From: Myxococcota bacterium | GTDB taxonomy: Bacteria; Myxococcota_A; UBA796; UBA2385 | Direction of reading: 5' to 3' | Length of the DNA stretch: 64,000 bases | NCBI GenBank assembly: GCA_044344255.1 | Contig: JBIJDH010000024.1 | Location: 62,812 to 126,811, forward strand | Translations under genes and position numbers: made by a program | Notes under the pieces: model-generated | What the model was told of the DNA's origin: nothing | The model's input: only the letters and a program-made list of their open reading frames with translations | Databases searched by the model: none | Part shown: piece by piece, positions 1-8,817 of the stretch | How positions within the stretch are numbered: the first letter of the stretch is position 1 | Layout: every line of letters starts with the position of its first letter

Positions 1-1
1 C

Positions 2-1222
2 CTGCTCTCGCACCTCGACAGCATCGGCGATGGCGCGCTCGAGGGGCACATCGACAGCCACCGCATCGTCTGGATCGGCCACTCCCGGGGTGGAGAGGGC
101 GTGGCGCGCGCGGCCGACAAGCTCTTCACCGGCAGCTTCGTCCCGGATGAATACACCTACGAAGACATCGTGCTCATCAGCTCGATCGCCCCCACGGTCT
201 TCCTGGGCACGGGTCACTCGACCCCCCATGACCGGCCCTACCACCTCATCGCGGGCGCGTCGGACGGCGACGTGACCGGCGGCGCAGACTGTGAGATCTG
301 CCAGTTCCTCCGCATCCCGGAGGCCGCCGAGGCCGAGGTCGCCGTGACCTACGTGGAGGGGGCCAGCCACAACGACTTCAACTGCTGCGGCTTCGACGAC
401 GGCACCGGCCCCGACCTCATCGGGCGCGCGGCCGCTCAGCAGGTGGCCAAGGCGGCCTGGATGGCGCTCCTCACCTGGCGGGTGGAGGGCGACCCCGCCA
501 CCCGCGACTTCGTCGAGCGCCCCTACGAGAGCTTCCACTCCATCGGCATCCCCGACACGGTGATCGTCGCCAGCCAGTGGAGCGACCCCGGCCTCGATCG
601 GCTCGTGCTCGACGACTTCGAGTCGAGCCCGGAGCTCACCCTCTCCTCGAGCGGCGGCGCGGTCAGCGCCACGGTCACGAACCTCGTCGAGGGCCGCCTC
701 GACGACGGCAACAGCAGCTTCGTCTGGGACGACTCCGATCCCATGAACGGGATGACCCTGTCCACCTCGGCCTCGGAGGCGACCTCGGGGGCCCTCTTCG
801 ACTGGACCGAGGAGGGCAGCTATACGATCGAGGTCCCGGCGGGCGAGGGCGACTGGCTGGCGAAGCGCTGGCTCTCCGTCCGGGCCTGTCAGCAGAGCCA
901 GCACCCGAACACCGAAGACCTCGACGGTGGCCTGTCCTTCAGCGTCACGCTGGTGGACGGGGCCGGCGTCGAGGCCAGCCTGCCGATCGCCCCGCTCAGC
1001 CGCCTCCCTGCCCCTTACGCCCGCTCCAGCGGCTGGGGGGCCGGCTCGACCGGCTGGGCCAATGAGTGGCAGACCCTCCGCCTGCGCCTCGCCGACTTCG
1101 AGGCGGGCGGCACCGGCATCGACCTCCAAGACATCGCCCTGCTGCGCTTCGACTTCGGCGGGGAGGCGGGAGACGCCCCGGGCCGCATCGGCATCGACGA
1201 CATCGAGGTCCTCTCCGAATGA
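2..1222 (+). CDS. 5'-truncated alpha/beta-hydrolase-fold protein with C-terminal beta-sandwich-like domain
   Basis: Frame is open from base 2 and reads ...HRIVWIGHSRGGEGVA (GxSxG nucleophile elbow). Candidate catalytic Asp in GASDGDV and His in EGASHNDF. Confidence 0.7.
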   Translation: MLSHLDSIGDGALEGHIDSHRIVWIGHSRGGEGVARAADKLFTGSFVPDEYTYEDIVLISSIAPTVFLGTGHSTPHDRPYHLIAGASDGDVTGGADCEICQFLRIPEAAEAEVAVTYVEGASHNDFNCCGFDDGTGPDLIGRAAAQQVAKAAWMALLTWRVEGDPATRDFVERPYESFHSIGIPDTVIVASQWSDPGLDRLVLDDFESSPELTLSSSGGAVSATVTNLVEGRLDDGNSSFVWDDSDPMNGMTLSTSASEATSGALFDWTEEGSYTIEVPAGEGDWLAKRWLSVRACQQSQHPNTEDLDGGLSFSVTLVDGAGVEASLPIAPLSRLPAPYARSSGWGAGSTGWANEWQTLRLRLADFEAGGTGIDLQDIALLRFDFGGEAGDAPGRIGIDDIEVLSE

Positions 1223-1863
1223 CCGCGCTCCTCACCGCCCTCGGGCTCCCTGTCGCGCTCTGGCTCCACACCGGCGCGGCCTCGGCCGGCGAGGGCGCCA
1301 CGCCCGCCCCCGTCCGCGCCTCCGCCCCCGCAGCGCCGGTCGCCCTGACGCCGCTGGTCGTCCAGCCCTTTCGACTCCGCACGCCCTATCGGTACGACTG
1401 GAGCGCCGACCACCCGATGGTGTCCGAGGGGCTGCTCGTGGTGCTGCGCAGCCCCGCGGCGGCGCCCCGCGACGCCCTCGAGCCCCTGCTCTACGCCGGC
1501 GCCGTCCCGATGGAGCGCCTGTCCTGGAGCCCGACCGACACGGCCGTGGTGGCGATCATCCCCGGCCCGCTCGCCCACCGCCCCCTCTCGGAGACCCTGC
1601 TCTATTGGGGGGCCCCCGCGCTGGCCGAGCAGCTCGACGCCCCCTCCGGCGCCGCCGAGCTGCGCCGCGCCCTCGCCGCGGGGGTCCGCCCCGCCTCCCC
1701 GGCCGCCCTCTCGAAGGTGACGGCGCCCCAGGTGCAGGTCGAGAGCGCCGAGGCCCTGCTCTGCCTCGCCGCCGACCTCGTCTCCGCGTGGGCCCCCGCC
1801 GACGCCGCGCGGGCCGCCGGCTGGCGCGCCGCCCCCGCCTGTGCGCGCGCCGAAGCGCCTTGA
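1219..1863 (+). CDS. hypothetical secreted protein
   Basis: ATG overlaps the upstream stop (ATGA). Signal-peptide-like N-terminus MTALLTALGLPVALWLHTGAASA. Confidence 0.65.
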   Translation: MTALLTALGLPVALWLHTGAASAGEGATPAPVRASAPAAPVALTPLVVQPFRLRTPYRYDWSADHPMVSEGLLVVLRSPAAAPRDALEPLLYAGAVPMERLSWSPTDTAVVAIIPGPLAHRPLSETLLYWGAPALAEQLDAPSGAAELRRALAAGVRPASPAALSKVTAPQVQVESAEALLCLAADLVSAWAPADAARAAGWRAAPACARAEAP

Positions 1864-1893
1864 GCCCCTCACCGCACCCTGCCTGGAGACCGC

Positions 1894-2775
1894 ATGAACG
1901 CTCGCCTGTACCCCGCCCTCCTGCTGCTGCTCCCCCTCGGCCTCGGCTGCTCGGACAAGTCCGACGGTGACAAGAGCGGGGAGGAGTCCGACGCCGACAC
2001 CGACGCCGACGCCGATGGGGACGCCGACGGTGACGCCGACTCCGACGCCGACTCCGACGCCGACTCCGACGCCGACCCCACCGGCGGCCTCTCCGGAAAG
2101 GTGGTGTGGGAGAACGGAGCCCCGGCCGCCGAGGGCATCCAGATGCGCCTCTGCCAGGTCTCCTGCATGTCGATCTTCCCTGAGTCCGATGGCAGCTACA
2201 GCTTCGAGGGGGCGCCGGCCGGCTGGAGCGCCTTCGAGGCCGCCCCGCTCGTGGAGCCGAAGGTCTACGCCACCCCGGTCGCCCCGGTGAACATCACCGA
2301 CGAGGTCGTGCACCTCGACGCCCCGCTCGTGGTGGCCGCCTACACCGACTCCAAGAACCTGAGCGGCACCGGCGACTTCACCGTCACCGGCCCCGATGGT
2401 GTCCAGCTCACCGTGAGCTACGACGCCGCAGGCTTCACCCCCGGCCCGACCAGCCCCACCACCGACGCCTTCATCGCCGGCGTGCAGGTTGATCCCGCCA
2501 CCGCCGGCCTGCCCATCGCCGGCATCGAGTACGGCTCAGTGGCGGGCATGTGGTACTTCGGCAACCCGGAGGCGGAGATCGATCCCGGCTGGTCGTTCAC
2601 CGTCAACGACCCCCTCGGCCTGCCCGAGGGCACCGTGCTCAACGTCTGGGTGGCGGACTACACCCACATCGAGTGGAAGAGCGGCGGCACCGCCACCGTC
2701 ACCGGCGGCCAGATCGTCTCCGAGGGCGGGCTGACCATCCTGTCCACCCTCATCCTGACCACGGCGGCCGAGTAG
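1894..2775 (+). CDS. lipoprotein with Asp-Ala/Ser repeat stalk and beta-rich C-terminal domain
   Basis: GGAG RBS, lipobox LGLG-C, DADTDADADGDADGDADSDADSD linker. Confidence 0.75.
   Translation: MNARLYPALLLLLPLGLGCSDKSDGDKSGEESDADTDADADGDADGDADSDADSDADSDADPTGGLSGKVVWENGAPAAEGIQMRLCQVSCMSIFPESDGSYSFEGAPAGWSAFEAAPLVEPKVYATPVAPVNITDEVVHLDAPLVVAAYTDSKNLSGTGDFTVTGPDGVQLTVSYDAAGFTPGPTSPTTDAFIAGVQVDPATAGLPIAGIEYGSVAGMWYFGNPEAEIDPGWSFTVNDPLGLPEGTVLNVWVADYTHIEWKSGGTATVTGGQIVSEGGLTILSTLILTTAAE
1990..2076 (+). repeat. in-frame GACGCCGAC(T/A)CC-type tandem repeat encoding a D-A-D-S/T/G linker
   Basis: Directly visible 12-bp periodicity. Confidence 0.9.
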
Positions 2776-2802
2776 CCGGGGCCGCGCGGCCCCGGTTCAC
2801 CC

Positions 2803-3261
2803 TCAGACCTTGGGGCCGTGGGTGACCATCACGGGGATCGGGCACTCGCGCACCACCCGCTCGGTGACCGAGCCGAGCAGGGCCCGCTTGAGGCCGGTGC
2901 GGCCGTGGGTGCCCATCACCAGGAGATCGTAGCTCCCGCTGCGGAGCTCCTCCAGCACCTCCTCCGGTGGCCAGCCCTCGCGGATGACCGTGGCGGTGGC
3001 CACCTCCGACGGGAGGTTGCCGAGGCGGATGCTCTCGAGCTTGGCCTTCTGCTCGGTGGCCAGCTCCTGGCTCATCTGCGTGAACAGCGGGCCCGAAGAC
3101 TCCGACAAGCCAAACTCGGTGGCGTAGAAGTGGGGGATCACGCCGATGTGCAGCAAGGTCACCCGCCCCCCCGTCTTGGTGGCGAGGGCCCCGGCGAGCT
3201 TCACCGCGTGTAATGAAGCGTCGGAGAAGTCGATCGGCACGAGGATGTTCTTGAATTCCAT
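2803..3261 (-). CDS. universal stress protein (USP)
   Basis: FKNILVPIDFS and DLLVMGTHGRTGLKRALLGSVTERVVR motifs. Confidence 0.95.
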   Translation of the reverse strand: MEFKNILVPIDFSDASLHAVKLAGALATKTGGRVTLLHIGVIPHFYATEFGLSESSGPLFTQMSQELATEQKAKLESIRLGNLPSEVATATVIREGWPPEEVLEELRSGSYDLLVMGTHGRTGLKRALLGSVTERVVRECPIPVMVTHGPKV

Positions 3262-3270
3262 GGCGGCCCC

Positions 3271-3924
3271 CTAAGAAGCGTGAGCGTGGCAGGGAGGTAC
3301 CGTAGCGTCTGCGGAGTCGGGAGAGAAGGCCCCGCTTCGAAGGAGCAGGGCCCCCATCCCGAGAACGAAGACCGCCGCCGCCACCGAGCGGCGCAGCCGG
3401 GGGCCTCGGCCGGCCAGCCAGCCGAGGGCCGCGCGGGCGGAGGCCAGCGCCGGGACGGTGCCGAGGCCAAAGACCACCATGACGAGGGCCCCGGCGACCG
3501 GGCTCGGCGCGGCGACGGGGAGCGCCATCGCGGTGTAGACGAGCCCACAGGGTAAGAGCCCGCTCAGCAATCCGAACGTGAAGGCCGCCACCGGCCCGGA
3601 CCGCGCGGCGAAGCGAGAGGCGACCCGAATGAAGCCGGCCGGGGCGAAGCCCGGCGCCGCGCCCACCACACCGGCGAGGCGGAGCGCGAACCAGGCGAGC
3701 AGCGCGCCCGCCACCGCCGTGCCGACAAAGCCCGGCCCCGGGAGGACGGAGCCGAAGCTGCCGGCGAGGGCACCGAGGGCGCCGTAGGTGGTGAGCCGAC
3801 CCGCGTGCCAAAGCAGCCCGCCCCCCTTGGCGGTGGCCGCGCTGGCGAAGCCGCCACACATGCCGACGCAGTGGGGGCTGCCAGTGAGGCCGGCCAGAAA
3901 GGCGCCGCCGAGGAGAGGGATCAT
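3271..3924 (-). CDS. DsbD_2 / TauE-SafE-like membrane protein commonly found with cbb3 biogenesis genes
   Basis: [24 protein letters not shown] and GLLPCGLVY motifs; several TM helices. Confidence 0.9.
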   Translation of the reverse strand: MIPLLGGAFLAGLTGSPHCVGMCGGFASAATAKGGGLLWHAGRLTTYGALGALAGSFGSVLPGPGFVGTAVAGALLAWFALRLAGVVGAAPGFAPAGFIRVASRFAARSGPVAAFTFGLLSGLLPCGLVYTAMALPVAAPSPVAGALVMVVFGLGTVPALASARAALGWLAGRGPRLRRSVAAAVFVLGMGALLLRSGAFSPDSADATVPPCHAHAS

Positions 3925-4178
3925 CGCTCGAGCTCCAAGCTCAACAGGGCGGGGCTCTCCCCACCCCGAATGACGTGAATTCGAGGCCACCCCAGCGCCA
4001 GATCGGCGAGCCGCTCCGCGAGCAGGGACCCGAAGTCGTCAAAGTCCGCACCCGATGGGATCCGGAGACCCAAACCCACGAGGCGCCGGCCTGGACGCGA
4101 GCGGACAAAGTCGTGCACGGCCCGCGCGAGCTCGGCGACCCAGGCATCGATGGTGGGGACGGGCAGACGCGACAACAC
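3921..4178 (-). CDS. small hypothetical protein (85 aa), possibly HypA-like without the Zn finger
   Basis: GGAGG RBS before GTG at 4178. Its stop overlaps the DsbD_2 ATG (ATGA). It lies directly downstream of a consensus sigma54 promoter. Confidence 0.6.
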   Translation of the reverse strand: MLSRLPVPTIDAWVAELARAVHDFVRSRPGRRLVGLGLRIPSGADFDDFGSLLAERLADLALGWPRIHVIRGGESPALLSLELER

Positions 4179-4201
4179 GTGAACCTCCGCGCCCTTCGAA
4201 G

Positions 4202-4216
4202 GCAAGGGGCGTGCCA
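4202..4216 (-). promoter_or_regulatory. sigma54 (-24/-12) promoter for the small ORF-DsbD_2-USP unit
   Basis: Minus strand reads TGGCACG-CCCC-TTGC, matching the TGGCACG-N4-TTGC consensus, about 14 nt upstream of the RBS. Confidence 0.75.
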
Positions 4217-4368
4217 AGCCCCCCGCAGTGAGGCGCGACGCCCCTTTCCCGGCGCAGGGGCCCCCGAGCCTCGGCAGGTCTGTGCCGACTGCCCCATCTT
4301 CTCCGTGCGATTTCCCACAGCGTCCGTCGCGTGCCAGGGGGGATCGAACCTTTTCGAAGCGCGGCCCA

Positions 4369-4384
4369 CGGCACGAAACATGCA
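4369..4384 (+). promoter_or_regulatory. sigma54 (-24/-12) promoter for the cco operon
   Basis: CGGCACG-AAAC-ATGCA with GG-N10-GC spacing, about 12 nt before the GGAGG RBS of ccoN. Confidence 0.6.
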
Positions 4385-4409
4385 TGGCGCCCGGTCGGAG
4401 GAAGCCCCC

Positions 4410-5861
4410 GTGTCCACCACACAAGCATCATCACCGGCTCCGGTGATTCAATATGACGACGCCATCGTCAAGAAATTCGTCTTCGTCACCCTGCTGTGGG
4501 GCGCTGTCGGCATGCTGGTGGGGGTCATTCTGGCCCTCCAGCTCGCTTGGTGGCCCGCCAATCTCAGCCTTCCGTACACCACCTTCGGCCGGCTGAGGCC
4601 CCTGCACACCAACGCGGTCATCTTCGCCTTCACCGGCAACTTCATCTTCGCCGGCGTGTACTACTCCATGCAGCGCCTCCTCAAGACGCGCATGTTCAAC
4701 GACACGCTGTCGAACATCCACTTCTGGGCCTGGCAGCTCATCATCGTCTCCGCCGCGATCACCCTCCCCCTCGGACTGACGCAGGGCAAGGAGTACGCCG
4801 AGCTCATCTGGCCGATCGACATCGCCATCACGCTCGTCTGGGTCGTCTTCGCGGTCAACTTCTTCGGCACCATCGCCATCCGCAAGGTCAAGCACCTCTA
4901 CGTGGCGATCTGGTTCTACATGTCGATGGTCATCACCATCGCCGTCCTGCACATCACGAACAGCCTCGCGATCCCCGCCACCCTGACCCGCTCCTACTCG
5001 ATCTACGGCGGCATGACCGACGCGCTCGTGCAGTGGTGGTACGGCCACAACGCGGTGGGCTTCCTGCTGACCACCCCGATCCTCGGCCTGATGTACTACT
5101 TCCTGCCGAAGTCCGTGGAGCGGCCGGTCTTCTCGTACCGCCTCTCCATCGTGCACTTCTGGGCCCTCGTCTTCCTCTACATCTGGGCCGGCCCCCATCA
5201 CCTGCTCTACTCCGCGCTCCCCGAGTGGGCTCAGACCCTCGGCATGGTGTTCAGCATCATGCTCATCGCACCCTCCTGGGGTGGGATGCTGAACGGACTG
5301 CTCACCCTGCGCGGCGCCTGGGACCGTCTCCGCACGGACCCCGTGGTGAAGTTCTGGGCCGTCGCCATCAGCTTCTACGGAATGAGTACCTTTGAAGGCC
5401 CGATGATGTCGATCCGCGCCGTGAACTCCCTGTCTCACTACACGGACTGGACCATCGCCCACGTGCACGCCGGCGCCCTCGGCTGGGTCGGCATGGCGGC
5501 CTTCGCGATGCTCTACTGGCTGGTCCCCCAGCTCTACCACCGCAAGCTGCACAGCGTCGCGCTCGCGAACGTCCACTTCTGGGTCTCGACCATCGGCATC
5601 GTCCTCTACATCATCGCGATGTGGACCGCCGGAATCACCCAGGGCCTGATGTGGCGCGCCATCGACGACCAGGGCCAGCTCCAGTACCCGGCCTTCCTCG
5701 ACACCGTCACCCAGCTGATCCCCTTCTACTGGATCCGCCTCCTCGGCGGCACCATGTACCTCGGTGGTCTGCTCCTGATGGCGTGGAACCTGTTCCAGAC
5801 CACCAAGGACGCTCCGGCCTCCTCCACTGTCCCCTCCGCAGCCCGCGCTTCGGCGAAGTGA
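4410..5861 (+). CDS. ccoN: cbb3-type cytochrome c oxidase subunit I
   Basis: [34 protein letters not shown] and TDWTIAHVH motifs. GTG start after GGAGG. Confidence 0.97.
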   Translation: MSTTQASSPAPVIQYDDAIVKKFVFVTLLWGAVGMLVGVILALQLAWWPANLSLPYTTFGRLRPLHTNAVIFAFTGNFIFAGVYYSMQRLLKTRMFNDTLSNIHFWAWQLIIVSAAITLPLGLTQGKEYAELIWPIDIAITLVWVVFAVNFFGTIAIRKVKHLYVAIWFYMSMVITIAVLHITNSLAIPATLTRSYSIYGGMTDALVQWWYGHNAVGFLLTTPILGLMYYFLPKSVERPVFSYRLSIVHFWALVFLYIWAGPHHLLYSALPEWAQTLGMVFSIMLIAPSWGGMLNGLLTLRGAWDRLRTDPVVKFWAVAISFYGMSTFEGPMMSIRAVNSLSHYTDWTIAHVHAGALGWVGMAAFAMLYWLVPQLYHRKLHSVALANVHFWVSTIGIVLYIIAMWTAGITQGLMWRAIDDQGQLQYPAFLDTVTQLIPFYWIRLLGGTMYLGGLLLMAWNLFQTTKDAPASSTVPSAARASAK

Positions 5862-5865
5862 CATC

Positions 5866-6579
5866 ATGAGCACCGAACAGAACGCTCCTCAGGAATCCTT
5901 TCATCGCCGGGTGCTCGAGCACCGCAGCGCGGCCTTCGCGGTCCTGACGACGGTGACGATGCTGATCGGCGGCATGGTGGAGATCATCCCCATGTTCTCG
6001 GCGAGCGCCGGCCCCGACACCCTGGACAACGTCACCCCCTACACGCCGCTCGAGCTGGCCGGGCGCGACATCTACCTGCGGGAGGGCTGCTACAACTGTC
6101 ACTCCCAGATGGTGCGCCCCTTCCGCGCCGAGACGCTGCGCTACGGGCCCTGGTCCCGGGCGGGTGAGTACGCCTACGACCACCCCTTCCAGCTCGGCTC
6201 CCGTCGTATCGGGCCCGATCTGCACCGAGTGGGCGGCAAGTACCCGGACGCCTGGCACTTCGAGCATATGAAGGACCCGCGCGCCACCTCCCCCGGGAGC
6301 GTGATGCCGTCCTACCCCTGGCTCATCGACGACAAGGTCGATCCCGCGGACATCCAGGCCAGCGTCCGCGCGATGAAGACGATCGGCGTCCCCTACACCG
6401 ACGAGGACATCACCAACGTGCCCGCCTCCTTGGCGGCACAGCAGGCCACCATCGTCTCCAGCCTCGCCAGCGCCAAGATCACCGTCGAAGGCGATCGAGA
6501 GATCGTGGCCCTCATCGGCTACCTCCAGCGGCTCGGCAAGGACGGCCGCGCCGCGGTCGCCGCCGGGGGTGCCCCATGA
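5866..6579 (+). CDS. ccoO: cbb3-type cytochrome c oxidase subunit II
   Basis: GRDIYLREGCYNCHSQMVRP and GSRRIGPDLHRVGG motifs. Confidence 0.97.
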   Translation: MSTEQNAPQESFHRRVLEHRSAAFAVLTTVTMLIGGMVEIIPMFSASAGPDTLDNVTPYTPLELAGRDIYLREGCYNCHSQMVRPFRAETLRYGPWSRAGEYAYDHPFQLGSRRIGPDLHRVGGKYPDAWHFEHMKDPRATSPGSVMPSYPWLIDDKVDPADIQASVRAMKTIGVPYTDEDITNVPASLAAQQATIVSSLASAKITVEGDREIVALIGYLQRLGKDGRAAVAAGGAP

Positions 6580-6761
6580 GCCAGCTCACCACCGCGGTGG
6601 GTCAGGCCAGCGACGGCGGGATGCTGATGGGCGTGATGACCATCGTGTTCTTCGCTTTCTTCGTCGGATGGGTGGTCTGGGCCTGGAGCCCCGCCCTCCG
6701 CAGCCAGATGGACGCGGCGTCCCGCATGCCGCTCGATGATGAATCCGGAGGTGTACGGTGA
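6576..6761 (+). CDS. ccoQ: cbb3-type oxidase subunit IV
   Basis: Single TM helix FFAFFVGWVVWAW, ending AASRMPLDD; sits between ccoO and ccoP with overlapping start/stop codons. Confidence 0.85.
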   Translation: MSQLTTAVGQASDGGMLMGVMTIVFFAFFVGWVVWAWSPALRSQMDAASRMPLDDESGGVR

Positions 6762-7267
6762 GCGAAAAAGTCGACCAGATCCTCGGTCACGGCGCCGACT
6801 GTGACGGAATCGAGGAATACGACAACAAGCTGCCGACCTGGTGGCTCGGGCTGTTCTACTTCTGCATCCTGTGGGCCGGCGGGTACGCGGTGCACTACCA
6901 CTTCGTAGCGACCCGATCGCAGACCTCCGAATACGAGGCGGAGATCGCGGCCGCGGCCATCGCCTGGCCGATGCCCGAGGCCCCGGCTGGCGGCGTCGCG
7001 GGCACCCCCACGGCGGCCGACATCGAGGCCGGCAAGGCCATCTACACGGCCAACTGTGTAGGCTGCCACGGCCCGGAGCTGAAGGGTGGGATCGGCCCCG
7101 ACCTGACGGACGGGGAGTGGATCCACGGCGGGACGCTCACCGAGATCACCAAGACTGTCACAGAGGGCGTCCCGGCAAAGGGTATGCTGACCTGGGGCCC
7201 AATCCTGGGGCCTCAGAAGGTGGCCTCGGTCTCCGCGTTCATTCACAGCTCCGGCGGCGGAAAGTAA
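6758..7267 (+). CDS. ccoP: cbb3-type oxidase subunit III, short mono-haem form
   Basis: DGIEEYDNKLPTWW N-terminal motif, a single CVGCH, GPDLTDGEWIHGG. Confidence 0.93.
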   Translation: MSEKVDQILGHGADCDGIEEYDNKLPTWWLGLFYFCILWAGGYAVHYHFVATRSQTSEYEAEIAAAAIAWPMPEAPAGGVAGTPTAADIEAGKAIYTANCVGCHGPELKGGIGPDLTDGEWIHGGTLTEITKTVTEGVPAKGMLTWGPILGPQKVASVSAFIHSSGGGK

Positions 7268-7312
7268 CGAAGCCCCCTGCGAAGAGCGCGCTTCGAAGAC
7301 AAGGAGACGGTC

Positions 7313-8650
7313 ATGTCCGAGCAGAAGAAAGGTCGAGCCTGGGTCTACACGGCGTCGGTGAAGGGTCGCTTCCAGCGCCTCCACCGGCTCTCCGGGTTGG
7401 CCCTCCAGCTCATCCTCTTCGTGACGCCCTGGGTGACCATCGGTGGGTACCCCGCCTTCCGGCTGGATCTCCCCGGGCGGCGGCTCTTCGCCCTCGGGGC
7501 CACCTTCACGCCCAGGGACACCATCTTCCTGGTCCTCCTGCTCCTCTTCGGGGCCTTCTCGCTGTTCCTGTTCACCTCGCTCTTCGGGCGGCTGTGGTGC
7601 GGCTACGCCTGCCCACAGACCGTCTTCCTCGAAGAGTGGGTGCGCCCCATCGAGAAGGTGATCGAGGGGGACCGCGCTCGCCGGATGGCCCGTGACCGCG
7701 GCCCCTGGAACTTCGACAAGGCCTGGCGGAAGGTCCTCAAGAACACGCTGTACGCCGCGCTCGCTGTGGTGGTCGGCGCCACCTTCATGAGCTGGTTCGT
7801 CGATCCGCGGCTGCTCTGGACCGGAGAGGCGAGCGGGGTGGCCTACGGCCTCACGGGCTTCTTCAGCGCCGTGATGTTCGCCGACTTCTCCTGGTTCCGT
7901 GAGCAGTTCTGCAACTACCTCTGCCCATACGCCCGCTTCCAGGGCGCGCTCACCGACGACGAGAGCAAGGTCGTCGCCTACAACGTGGTGCTCGGCGAGC
8001 CCCGCCGCACCCGCGGGGACGCCGCCGCCACCGGCGCCTGTATCGACTGTGGAAAGTGTGTCGCTGTCTGTCCCCAAGGCATCGACATCCGCAAGGGCTA
8101 CCAGCTCGAGTGTGTCAACTGCGCTCGCTGCGTAGACGCCTGCGAGGGGGTGATGGACAAGCTCGGCCACGAGCCCCTGATCCGCTACACCACGGTGGCC
8201 GCCGACCAGGGCAAGGAGGCCCGCCTGCTCCGGCCGCGGACCGTGCTCTACAGCGCGGTGCTCTTCCTGATCGCGACCGTCTTCACCGTCCAGCTCACCG
8301 ATCGGCACGACATCGAAGGGGCGGTCAACCGCGTCCCCGGCGCGCTCTACACCCTCGACGCCGACGGCTGGGTGCGCAACACCTTCCTGCTCGAGGTGAC
8401 CAACAACCACGGGGTGCCCGGCGGCGACCCCGACACCATCACCGTGAGCATCGAGGGCCTCCCCGACGCCCAGGTCATCATCCCGCCGATCGCGCTCGGC
8501 CACACCGAGAGCACGCGGATGCCGCTGGTCGTGCGGGTGCCCCCGGACACGCAGATCGGCCGGACCGCGAACATCGAGGTCCGCCTCCGCACCGAGCACG
8601 ACGAGATCGTGCTCCACAGCACCTTCAAGAACGCGAGCCCCGAGAGCTGA
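7313..8650 (+). CDS. ccoG: cbb3 oxidase accessory ferredoxin-type membrane protein
   Basis: GRLWCGYACPQTVF, REQFCNYLCPYARFQ, CIDCGKCVAVCP and ECVNCARCVDAC motifs. Confidence 0.95.
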   Translation: MSEQKKGRAWVYTASVKGRFQRLHRLSGLALQLILFVTPWVTIGGYPAFRLDLPGRRLFALGATFTPRDTIFLVLLLLFGAFSLFLFTSLFGRLWCGYACPQTVFLEEWVRPIEKVIEGDRARRMARDRGPWNFDKAWRKVLKNTLYAALAVVVGATFMSWFVDPRLLWTGEASGVAYGLTGFFSAVMFADFSWFREQFCNYLCPYARFQGALTDDESKVVAYNVVLGEPRRTRGDAAATGACIDCGKCVAVCPQGIDIRKGYQLECVNCARCVDACEGVMDKLGHEPLIRYTTVAADQGKEARLLRPRTVLYSAVLFLIATVFTVQLTDRHDIEGAVNRVPGALYTLDADGWVRNTFLLEVTNNHGVPGGDPDTITVSIEGLPDAQVIIPPIALGHTESTRMPLVVRVPPDTQIGRTANIEVRLRTEHDEIVLHSTFKNASPES

Positions 8651-8688
8651 GGCGCACGCCTCTCCCCGCCGGGCCCCCAGGAGCGCAC

Positions 8689-8817
8689 ATGCCGGATCGT
8701 TGGACCCTCGGAATCATCAGCGGCTTCCTGGTGGTGTTCTTCGCGAACGGCCTGCTGGTCTGGTTCGCGCTGGACCAGCCCCTCGAGCTCGATCCCACCT
8801 ACACCGACTCCCGGTGA
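8689..8817 (+). CDS. 42-aa single-TM peptide at the ccoH/fixH position (mini-CcoH)
   Basis: AGGAG RBS. MPDRWTLGIISGFLVVFFANGLLVWFAL resembles the FixH N-terminal TM. Its stop overlaps the ccoI GTG. Confidence 0.65.
   Translation: MPDRWTLGIISGFLVVFFANGLLVWFALDQPLELDPTYTDSR

Noticed and set aside
3975..4409. 145-aa N-terminal extension of CcoN
   Set aside because: It overlaps the divergent small gene and both promoters; the RBS supports GTG at 4410.
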